Part shown: positions 56,193-64,000 of the stretch, in pieces | Numbering within the stretch: the first letter of the stretch is position 1 | Layout of the letters: each line of letters opens with the position of its first letter | Virus record (IMG/VR): IMGVR_UViG_3300033182_000769 | Location: 64,001 to 128,000 of that record | Reading direction: 5' to 3' (one strand) | Length of the DNA: 64,000 nucleotides | Source: a virus | Notes under the pieces: generated by a model | Database searches by the model: none | What the model saw: the letters and a program-made list of their open reading frames with translations, nothing else | Told to the model about the DNA's origin: nothing | Program-made: the position numbers and the translations under genes

Positions 56193-56557
56193 TGAAAACT
56201 AATTTACCTCCCCAGATAGAAACAGACAGTGCTGCGGCAACTAAGTTATACTTTGGTACCTATGGCCAGGTTCCACTTTCGTTTAATGCTACCGATGTTG
56301 CAGTTGCCGTTAACTTTTTTGAAAAAAGAGGGTTTGACAGTTTAGCAGCCCAAGTTACTGCTATGGCTCTTTTACGCCAGGCTAAGATGGAAGATGTTAG
56401 TATCAGTTCTGTCTTAGATCAACTTAAAGGTTATGACGACCTTCAGGTTACTGGAATTGTTGCTCAAATACTTAATAATAGTAGAACAGCAACATCTACA
56501 TTAGGCTATAAAAAAGAAGCACAAGACCTTACTAAATCAAGGAACATCTATCCATAA
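56192..56557 (+). CDS. Hypothetical protein (121 aa)
   Basis: TAATG coupling at both ends. Confidence 0.7.
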   Translation: MKTNLPPQIETDSAAATKLYFGTYGQVPLSFNATDVAVAVNFFEKRGFDSLAAQVTAMALLRQAKMEDVSISSVLDQLKGYDDLQVTGIVAQILNNSRTATSTLGYKKEAQDLTKSRNIYP

Positions 56558-56997
56558 TGCCTAAGTTTGCTCAGGGAAAGTTTGAAATGAAAAACCCTGA
56601 CAAGTATGTCGGGAAGAAAACTCCACATTCGAGAAGTAGTTGGGAGTTTGTCTTTATGCGTATGCTCGACGAACATCAGGGTGTGCAGCATTGGGCAAGT
56701 GAAAGTATTCAGATACCGTACAGAGATCCGTTAACAGGCAAGCATACAATTTACGTTCCTGACTTTTTTATTGTATATCAAGATAAGAATGGTCAAAAAC
56801 GTGCAGAAGTAGTAGAAGTTAAACCACTGAATCAAACACTAAGAGAGAACGTCGGAAAAAGCAGATACAACCAAGAACAATATATCAAAAATTTAGCCAA
56901 ATGGGAAGCCGCAACTGCATGGTGTAAACAACAAGGAGTTAAATTTCGTGTTGTTACTGAAGATGATATTTTTCACAGCGGCGGCAAGAGAAAATAA
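56557..56997 (+). CDS. gp4: Head completion nuclease (T4 gp4-like, PD-(D/E)xK fold)
   Basis: NPDKYVG, RSSWE, WASE, YVPDF, EVKP and KWEAA. Confidence 0.9.
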   Translation: MPKFAQGKFEMKNPDKYVGKKTPHSRSSWEFVFMRMLDEHQGVQHWASESIQIPYRDPLTGKHTIYVPDFFIVYQDKNGQKRAEVVEVKPLNQTLRENVGKSRYNQEQYIKNLAKWEAATAWCKQQGVKFRVVTEDDIFHSGGKRK

Positions 56998-57024
56998 ATA
57001 TTAATAATATAGTTTGGTATTATT

Positions 57025-57504
57025 ATGACTAAAAAATTAGAAGAGTTGTTCAATTTAGAAGAACAAGAAAAACAGCAAATTACCCCAGAGGTAATTGAAG
57101 AAAAGCATCAGCAAGTTCGCAGTGTTGATGATAGTTATGCCGCGGTAAACGAAATCACAAAGAATTTACCTCAGGTTGCAGAACTCGATGACCTGGGAGA
57201 AGGTGATCTTGATAAACTTGCTGCCAAAGCAGAGCAAGCATATGACGATCTAATGGATCTTGGTATGAATGTTGAAGTACGCTACAGCGGACGTATTTTT
57301 GAAGTTGCTGGGGGTATGCTAAAAAGTGCCATCGACGCAAAAGCAGCCAAAGTAGAAAAGAAATTAAAAGCGGTTGATCTACAACTTAAGAAATATAAGA
57401 TTGACAAAGATAACAACGAAGATCCTAACAATATCATGAATGGTGAAGGTTACGTAATTACCGACAGAAATGAACTTATGAAGAAATTAGGTCAAAAGGA
57501 ATAA
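57025..57504 (+). CDS. Putative terminase small subunit (T4 gp16-like)
   Basis: Helical protein with RIFEVA...L...DA pattern, upstream of the large terminase; TAAATA at 56995-57000. Confidence 0.55.
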   Translation: MTKKLEELFNLEEQEKQQITPEVIEEKHQQVRSVDDSYAAVNEITKNLPQVAELDDLGEGDLDKLAAKAEQAYDDLMDLGMNVEVRYSGRIFEVAGGMLKSAIDAKAAKVEKKLKAVDLQLKKYKIDKDNNEDPNNIMNGEGYVITDRNELMKKLGQKE

Positions 57505-57512
57505 ATACACAT

Positions 57513-58097
57513 ATGAAAACCTTTAGAGATTATTTAACAGAGAGTAAAAAGCCATACGCTTTTAGAGTGAAAATTGCGGGTGATGTTCCTGAAGGATTTA
57601 AGGAAAATCTTAAATCTAATTTAGAATCTTGTAATGCTACATTAACAGATGGAACAAAAACACCAGTACAAAAACTTCCTTTAGATTTTCCAGAATTATC
57701 AAATATGGAAGTTACTATTTTTGATCTTGTAACAGAGTATCCAATTACACCTGCAGCAATTACAAAACGTATTAGTGAAATGGGTTTAGACGAAAGTTAT
57801 TTCCGTGTTAGAGGAGTTGATGAGCCAACTGAAGTTGAACAAGAGCAGTTCCAGGCAGAAAAAAGCGGAGAATCTCTATTAGCATCTGAGTATGCAAACG
57901 AAAAAATCAAGCACAAAGACTATTTTGGTGACGACTTTAACAAGGGATTTTTACAGCAACTTTCTAAAGATGCTAAGGCACGCAAAAAAGAGTTAGGACA
58001 TAACGAATCAGCAATGAAAGATGTTGATGTATTAGGTACTAATAAAACTACTAAAGAAGATAAGGCAGGGTGTTGCAGTCCTGTAGGGAGTAAATAA
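57513..58097 (+). CDS. Hypothetical protein with a T4-like capsid-targeting N-terminus
   Basis: Starts MKTFRDYLTES; TAAATA-N5-ATG. Confidence 0.65.
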   Translation: MKTFRDYLTESKKPYAFRVKIAGDVPEGFKENLKSNLESCNATLTDGTKTPVQKLPLDFPELSNMEVTIFDLVTEYPITPAAITKRISEMGLDESYFRVRGVDEPTEVEQEQFQAEKSGESLLASEYANEKIKHKDYFGDDFNKGFLQQLSKDAKARKKELGHNESAMKDVDVLGTNKTTKEDKAGCCSPVGSK

Positions 58098-59104
58098 TGG
58101 ATTTTAACCAACTACTATCAAGAATGCAAGAACTTGATTCACCTGCTTTAGAAGCAGATACAACTGAGTGCGGTATGAATATGCCAGCACCACCAGCAAA
58201 GCCTGATACACCAGAGCCAAGTATGACTGTTAATGTTAATGCACAAGGCATGGACAACATTGAGTCAATGCTATCTTTAATGGCAAAGATCAGTGGAGCG
58301 GGAAAAGCAGATATGCCGAGCATGGCTCCTATGCCAGCAATTATGCCATTAGATAAAATGATGGGTCCTGCACCAGACATGGATGCTGACAACGACGATA
58401 AAGTTGGCGGCGAAATGGACCTGCCAAAGGATCACGACAACGATCACGTTATTATCAAGACACTTGACAAAGACGGCGACAACGATCATGATATGGATGA
58501 TCACGAAAAAGAAGAAGCACCAACAGGAACTGGAATGGCAGCATCTATGAAAGGTGTTGACGAGAAAGATCCAGACGCAGCAGATAAAATGAAGCCAGGT
58601 GTAGCAAACGCACCAGATGCAGACGACGATGGCAAATTAGGAATGGGTAAGAACGTAGATCCTAAGCAAATTAAACTTGATGATATTGACATGGAAGAAT
58701 TATTAAAACTTGCAGGTCAAGAAACCGAAGGTGCAATGGATGATGCTGCAAAAGACTTTTCGGCTTATCATCAGGCACAAGCAGCATCAACAGAAAAAAC
58801 TATGGCTGCTATTAGAGATGCTATCAAGGCAGCACTAACTTCCGATCCAAAAGATCAAAACAATGATGACGACGGCGAAAAAAATGCCGACGAAGCATAC
58901 GCTAACGAGCCAAGCGAAAAGATGCGCGGCACAGATTACATGAACAATAAGATTGCAGGCGGCATGAACCGTCCTAAAGGTACATATCCTAAGGTTGCAG
59001 CCGCTGACAATCCAATGCAGAAAGTTAAAGAAGGCGACGATTTAAGAACACGCATTCATAACGAACTTGCTGCTAAATTAGCAGAAATTAAAGGAGCAGA
59101 ATAA
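58097..59104 (+). CDS. Acidic low-complexity protein, possible internal head protein
   Basis: Asp/Met/Pro-rich with DxDxD motifs; SD GGGAG. Confidence 0.6.
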   Translation: MDFNQLLSRMQELDSPALEADTTECGMNMPAPPAKPDTPEPSMTVNVNAQGMDNIESMLSLMAKISGAGKADMPSMAPMPAIMPLDKMMGPAPDMDADNDDKVGGEMDLPKDHDNDHVIIKTLDKDGDNDHDMDDHEKEEAPTGTGMAASMKGVDEKDPDAADKMKPGVANAPDADDDGKLGMGKNVDPKQIKLDDIDMEELLKLAGQETEGAMDDAAKDFSAYHQAQAASTEKTMAAIRDAIKAALTSDPKDQNNDDDGEKNADEAYANEPSEKMRGTDYMNNKIAGGMNRPKGTYPKVAAADNPMQKVKEGDDLRTRIHNELAAKLAEIKGAE

Positions 59105-59105
59105 A

Positions 59106-59534
59106 ATGGCAGACTTAACGACAGCAACAATTGGCGGCGGAAGTTCAATCCTTGTTGCAGAGAATCGTTTAAGTGTTGAAGATGCAACAGTTGTTGATTA
59201 CATGGGTAACAAAGATTTAACTATGTTTACAGTTGATTTTGATTCTGCTGCAAATGCAGAAACAGGTGCTAACGAAGCAATCCAAGCAGTAGTTGATATT
59301 ATTGGTAAGTATGCTACTATTGTTATTCGTGGTGCTTTATTTGACTCAAACACTCAAATGTGTTTTGCAGTAGAAACTCCAAACGATTCATTAGATTGGG
59401 ACGGCGCTGGCGCAGAAACTTTAGTTGAGCAAATTGAAGATGAAATTATTGCATTAGGTGCTTCATATGGTAACAACAACTTTGATATGACTGCTGTTAC
59501 TTGTACTGTTAAAACAACTTTCCAATTAGCATAA
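59106..59534 (+). CDS. Hypothetical structural protein (142 aa)
   Basis: SD AAGGAG; followed by a terminator. Confidence 0.65.
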   Translation: MADLTTATIGGGSSILVAENRLSVEDATVVDYMGNKDLTMFTVDFDSAANAETGANEAIQAVVDIIGKYATIVIRGALFDSNTQMCFAVETPNDSLDWDGAGAETLVEQIEDEIIALGASYGNNNFDMTAVTCTVKTTFQLA

Positions 59535-59559
59535 AATCTACCGGCTGAGCAAAAAAATC

Positions 59560-59586
59560 AATAGCGCCGCAAGGCGCTATTTTTTT
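59560..59586 (+). terminator. Intrinsic terminator with GCAA tetraloop
   Basis: AATAGCGCC-GCAA-GGCGCTATT followed by a T-tract. Confidence 0.9.
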
Positions 59587-59600
59587 GATTAAATAGTGTT

Positions 59601-61196
59601 ATGGCAAAGAGTTTAGATGGCAATCTTGTTAAGAAAGCCCACGCACAACAAAAATATACTTTAGAACAAGTAAAGCACCTTGAAAAGTGTATGGATCCTG
59701 TTGACGGTCCGTTATACTTTGCTAAGAACTTTATTCAAATCCAACACCCAACTCGTGGTAGTATACCGTTTGATATGTATGAATATCAGGAAAGATTAAT
59801 ACATGCATACCACGATCATAAGCAATCTATTGCTATGCTACCAAGACAGATGGGTAAAACAACTTGTGCCGTAGCATACTTGTTATGGTACACAATGTTT
59901 GTTCCTGACAGTCAAGTGTTAATTGCAGCACACAAATATGAAGGTGCTAAAGACATTATGGATCGTTATCGCTTTGGTTATGAAAACTTACCTGACTTTA
60001 TCAGAGCAGGAGTGTATAGTTATAACCGTAACACTATTGAATATGATAATGGTTCAAGAATACAAGCAACTACTACAACAGAAAACACCGGACGTGGTAA
60101 GTCGCTTTCATTGATATACTGTGACGAGTTTGCGTTCGTGCAACCTCCTGAAAAAGCCAAAGAGTTCTGGACTGCACTATCACCAACATTAGCAACAGGC
60201 GGTAAGTGTATGATTACAAGTACACCAAACTCGGACGAAGACCAGTTTGCACTTATCTGGACAGAAGCACAGAAAAAGTTTGACGAGCACGGTAATGAGT
60301 ATGAAAACGGCGAAGGCATAAATGGATTTTTCAGTTACTTTGCACATTGGAGCGAACACCCAGACAGAGACGATGAGTGGGCACGACTTGAAATGGCAAA
60401 AATTGGCGAGCAACGCTTCCGTCGTGAGTTTGAGTGTGAGTTCTTAATCTTTGAAGAGACACTTATTAATTCGGTTAAACTCGCTGAACTTGAAGGCATT
60501 GATCCTAAATTTAATATGGGGCAAACACGCTGGTATAATGACATTGACGGATCGTCAACATACTTAATAAGCCTTGATCCAAGTTTAGGAACCGGAGGAG
60601 ACTATGCTGCTATTCAAGTGTTTGCTATGCCCGAAATGAAACAAATTGCAGAATGGCGGCACAATACAACACCTGTACAACAACAAGTAAGACACCTACG
60701 AGAAATTTTAAAATATATTTACGAAGAAGCAACAGCGAAAGGAAATCCTAATCCGCAAATTTATTACTCTGTTGAAAATAATACATTAGGCGAAGCAGCA
60801 CTGATTGTAATTGGAGATATAGGGGAAGAAAACTTTCATGGATTGTTCTTAAGTGAACCAATTAGAAAAGGGCACGTAAGACGATTCCGTAAAGGGTTTA
60901 ATACTACGCATAAAGCAAAAATTACTGCTTGTAGTAAATTTAAAAATCTATTAGAAACTAAGCAAATGGATATATTCTCCAAACCGCTTATTTCTGAATT
61001 AAAAACTTTCATCGCAAGTGGCGTGAGCTTTAAAGCAAAGCCGGGTGAACACGACGATTTAGTATCTGCACTTCTACTGGTAATTAGAATGGCAGACGTA
61101 TTGGCGGACTGGGATCCAAAAATATACGATAAAATGACAGAAAAGATAGCAGAAGAAGCGATGCCAATGCCTATCTTTGTAAGTACGGGATTTTGA
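59601..61196 (+). CDS. gp17: Terminase large subunit (T4 gp17 family)
   Basis: PRQMGKT Walker A, LIYCDEFAF Walker B, ITSTPN, DPSLGTGGDY and HDDLV nuclease motifs. Confidence 0.96.
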   Translation: MAKSLDGNLVKKAHAQQKYTLEQVKHLEKCMDPVDGPLYFAKNFIQIQHPTRGSIPFDMYEYQERLIHAYHDHKQSIAMLPRQMGKTTCAVAYLLWYTMFVPDSQVLIAAHKYEGAKDIMDRYRFGYENLPDFIRAGVYSYNRNTIEYDNGSRIQATTTTENTGRGKSLSLIYCDEFAFVQPPEKAKEFWTALSPTLATGGKCMITSTPNSDEDQFALIWTEAQKKFDEHGNEYENGEGINGFFSYFAHWSEHPDRDDEWARLEMAKIGEQRFRREFECEFLIFEETLINSVKLAELEGIDPKFNMGQTRWYNDIDGSSTYLISLDPSLGTGGDYAAIQVFAMPEMKQIAEWRHNTTPVQQQVRHLREILKYIYEEATAKGNPNPQIYYSVENNTLGEAALIVIGDIGEENFHGLFLSEPIRKGHVRRFRKGFNTTHKAKITACSKFKNLLETKQMDIFSKPLISELKTFIASGVSFKAKPGEHDDLVSALLLVIRMADVLADWDPKIYDKMTEKIAEEAMPMPIFVSTGF

Positions 61197-61207
61197 TAAA
61201 TATAGTT

Positions 61208-63289
61208 ATGGACGCAGCGAACAATATTGCAACAGATTTATTCTACAAGGTACGTAGCAGATTTCAAGGATTAAAATTAGGTGAAGCCACTGGGCAGATC
61301 ACAATAAATCCTGAAAGCGCACGATTCTTTGATTTTGACTATACAGAAGGTGACAATGCTATTGGCCATGTCAGCATTAGTTTAGCAGAACCAAATAGTA
61401 TGAAAGTTTACTTTTCAACAGGCATCACTGAAGGTATGGATGACGGGCAAAAAGAAAACTGGTATAAATTTTTAAAAGAATTAAGAGAATTTGCAAAGAG
61501 ACGTTTATTAGCATTTGATACACGTGATATCGCAAAGGACAATTTAGACAAAAGAGACTATACATTTTTAAGTCAAAACGCATTACAAAATAATCAAAAA
61601 ACTGAGGTCGGAGAGAGTATGATGAACGAAAGTAACTTATACGGTACAAAAACAATGAGTTACCAAAAATTAGAGGATACACGTCTTATTATTAAGCATA
61701 GTAAAGCAGTAATGGACGATACAACACCTGGTGCAAGAAGTAGAAATATTTCAGCACTGTTTGTTGAAAACCAAGACGGTGAAAGATTTAAGTATCCTTT
61801 TGTACATTTAGCAGGTGCTCGTGCAATGCAACGTCACGTTGCTAATGGCGGTTTGCCATACGATGCAGTAGGCGAAAGTATTATTAAAATGAGCGAAGAG
61901 ATTGCTCAGTTAAAAAGTTTTTCAAACTACGTTGTACGTAACGACTTAATGAACTCCGACACTAATGAAGTTGTTATGCGTGGTCAAATAAAACTTGATA
62001 GTTTAAGAGAAACAATTTCTAAAATTGCAAAACAAGCACATTATGAGGCTTATGTAGAAAACTTCCAGTCAGCAGATGCATATGAAATGTCAGACGAAAT
62101 GATGGAAGATTTTAAAAACAAATTCACAGTTAGATCTTTCAATGAAGAAATGACTGATGTTTTCCCGGTATTAGCGAGGCTTATGGCTGAAGAAACTACA
62201 GTAGGCTATGACGACATAGTCGGAGAAACAAAAGAAGAGGATATTGAAGAAAAAGCAGATAAAGATCATATGGCAAACTTTGAAAATTGGGTTATGGGCT
62301 TAGGCGAAGATAGTCCTATTCAAAGTTCAGACGATGATGAAAGACAAACTGCTATTAAGAGTTTAAATGCTCTTGTTGGCGAAGTATTTCCTGCAGGCAT
62401 AGATGGTATGAATGCGTTGGAAAGTTTGCACGGCATCATCGATGATCCAAGACTCGAACAAGACATTAAAAGACAAGCAAAGGAAAGTGCAGAATCGGAT
62501 GTACGTCCGTTAGTTAAGGCATGGATTGAAGAAAACGCACCAGAAGCATTAGACCAACTCGACTTTGGTGATATGTCAGACGAACCAGCGGTAGGTGCAG
62601 ATCAAATTGAACCGCCAACCGAAAGTACTGAGGAAGGTTTTGATCCAGACGAGTTCGATGGTGAGTTTGAAATGGAAGTCGGGGGAGACGACGGAGAAGA
62701 AGAAACTATCTACGTAAGTTACATGGCAAAGGTAGAAGACGGTCGCCCAGTAGTTGATCCAGAATCGTTAAAGGCTTCATCTGCAGAAAGTAACCCAAGT
62801 GCAAGAGTTGATGACAGTTGGGCAAGTGAAATGGTATCACCTAACGGTGATGAACACGAACAAGCATTAGAGATTGCTCAACAAGATGCAGAAGAGCAGT
62901 GGGCAGAACGTGATAACAAATACGATCAAGGCGAAAGCGCAGACGACCAAGAAGGCATGACAACTTCTAAATTGGCAGAATTTATTTTCAGTTTTTATGA
63001 CAGAGAGTCAGGCACATTTCCTAAAGGACCAGAAGGTGTTGCTACTATGGTAGGCAAGAAGTTTGGCGAACAGGCCGAAGCGGCTGCTCGCAAAATGGTA
63101 GAGCGTATGGCACCAGTACAAGACCAAGGTGCCGAGTACGTCGAAGCACAGGCTGAACAAGAAGCAGACGATGAAAACGATAGCATCGCTAAGAAGATCA
63201 ACTGGGGCGGCCAATACGATAAAGGCAACGATAACGATGATAATGATTCAGGTATGTTAGATCGACTTAAAAAACTTGCTGGTTTTTAA
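61208..63289 (+). CDS. Large hypothetical protein with acidic C-terminal half
   Basis: ATG 61208 follows GATAAATA-N5; GERFKYPF.HLAGARAM.RH block; ends RLKKLAGF, like the scaffold end RRLAGLKV. Confidence 0.75.
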   Translation: MDAANNIATDLFYKVRSRFQGLKLGEATGQITINPESARFFDFDYTEGDNAIGHVSISLAEPNSMKVYFSTGITEGMDDGQKENWYKFLKELREFAKRRLLAFDTRDIAKDNLDKRDYTFLSQNALQNNQKTEVGESMMNESNLYGTKTMSYQKLEDTRLIIKHSKAVMDDTTPGARSRNISALFVENQDGERFKYPFVHLAGARAMQRHVANGGLPYDAVGESIIKMSEEIAQLKSFSNYVVRNDLMNSDTNEVVMRGQIKLDSLRETISKIAKQAHYEAYVENFQSADAYEMSDEMMEDFKNKFTVRSFNEEMTDVFPVLARLMAEETTVGYDDIVGETKEEDIEEKADKDHMANFENWVMGLGEDSPIQSSDDDERQTAIKSLNALVGEVFPAGIDGMNALESLHGIIDDPRLEQDIKRQAKESAESDVRPLVKAWIEENAPEALDQLDFGDMSDEPAVGADQIEPPTESTEEGFDPDEFDGEFEMEVGGDDGEEETIYVSYMAKVEDGRPVVDPESLKASSAESNPSARVDDSWASEMVSPNGDEHEQALEIAQQDAEEQWAERDNKYDQGESADDQEGMTTSKLAEFIFSFYDRESGTFPKGPEGVATMVGKKFGEQAEAAARKMVERMAPVQDQGAEYVEAQAEQEADDENDSIAKKINWGGQYDKGNDNDDNDSGMLDRLKKLAGF

Positions 63290-63301
63290 GTAAACCCAAC
63301 G

Positions 63302-63330
63302 TCCCCGCTCACAATGCGGGGATTTTTTTT
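63302..63330 (+). terminator. Intrinsic terminator
   Basis: TCCCCGC-TCACAAT-GCGGGGA followed by a T8 tract. Confidence 0.9.
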
Positions 63331-63350
63331 GGCTAAAAATAAGTATTAGC

Positions 63351-64000
63351 ATGATTATACCGTTCATAGGACAAGACTTATTTGAAGTTAATCCAAACTA
63401 TACAATTGTAGAGCAATCAAACACATTCTTAGTTATAGATAACTTCTATAAGAACTATGACGAAATTTTTAATGTTCTTAATAACATTCCTGCACCTGCG
63501 TGGAAGTACACTTCCAGAGATACAAAAAACTTTGTAGACTATTATGATTGTAGACCTACTATCGATATACGATTTTCTAACGGCTATCAACATATAGATG
63601 AAATACATCGTTTAATTTTTGGCAAATGGAATAGCGACACTGCTCAAATAGAAACAAAACCATATGAGTTCAACTATTTCAAAGTGATTAACAGTAATGT
63701 AAACGAAACACATCAAATGTTCCCACACGTTGATTACGATTACACTGCTATCATTTATCTTGATAAAATAGGAAATGGCGGCACAGCATTTTATGATATA
63801 GATGAGATACCAAATAACGAAAATGAAAACTTATTAGTTGATGTATCAAGTTACACTAAGACAATCATAGAATCTAAACCAAACAGAATGTTGATTTTTA
63901 AAGGAGAAACTCCACATGGAGGGTACATTCGTAACTACGATGCGTACTCTACAGATTGGAGAATTAATCAGGCGATCTTCTTCAAAAAATCGTTATTTAC
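63351..64000 (+). CDS. 2OG-Fe(II) oxygenase, truncated by the window edge
   Basis: Own translation: VIDNFY, FPHVD, AIIYL, GGTAFY, NRMLIF, PHG and WRINQAIF; TAAGTA (63340-63345)-N5-ATG. Confidence 0.85.
   Translation, partial: MIIPFIGQDLFEVNPNYTIVEQSNTFLVIDNFYKNYDEIFNVLNNIPAPAWKYTSRDTKNFVDYYDCRPTIDIRFSNGYQHIDEIHRLIFGKWNSDTAQIETKPYEFNYFKVINSNVNETHQMFPHVDYDYTAIIYLDKIGNGGTAFYDIDEIPNNENENLLVDVSSYTKTIIESKPNRMLIFKGETPHGGYIRNYDAYSTDWRINQAIFFKKSLF

Noticed and set aside
59601-61196. Intron or intein in terminase, portal or capsid genes
   Set aside because: Lengths are normal, motifs are contiguous and no splicing motifs are visible.
925-63228. Many short antisense or alternate-frame ORFs in the track (e.g. 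925..1230, 2560..3021, 6544..6810, 8616..9017, 19466..19924, 31153..31458)
   Set aside because: They lie largely or wholly inside well-supported genes, lack SD or promoter, and are low-complexity shadows of biased codon usage.
1-64000. Alternative genetic code (stop codon reassignment)
   Set aside because: Core genes are full length in the standard code, and TAG (portal, 5490-5492) and TGA (terminase) act as stops.

Overview
This window is 64 kb of the virion morphogenesis region of a large, AT-rich, distantly T4-like myophage; the host cannot be determined from this window. The + strand runs tape measure, portal, prohead core, protease, scaffold and major capsid (1082-10228), then a 24 kb tail fibre/appendage block (10677-34815). 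That block holds two giant paralogues (1878 and 2910 aa) and three tandem Gly/His-rich adhesin-like genes. A modification-enzyme island follows (34888-43152): a flavin-dependent halogenase, a U32-family Fe-S protein and eight 2OG-Fe(II) oxygenase-fold genes. After it come a fibre with two cupredoxin-like motifs, neck/tail-completion genes, sheath, tube, head completion nuclease and terminase. Five observations stand out. (1) The 2910 aa protein has eight ~140-160 aa repeats with a C-x-R-D-x-G-Y...GG motif that aligns without gaps to the bilin-attachment helix of phycobiliproteins. (2) The late-promoter-driven halogenase/hydroxylase island sits directly behind the adhesin triplet and is a candidate virion-protein modification system. 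(3) Ten genes have TAA(A/G)TA exactly 5 nt before the ATG and no Shine-Dalgarno, suggesting systematic leaderless late mRNAs. (4) A slippery site could give a -1 frameshift in the gene next to the tape measure. (5) Two late genes have structured 5' leaders. All product calls come from motif recognition by eye; no database searches were run.
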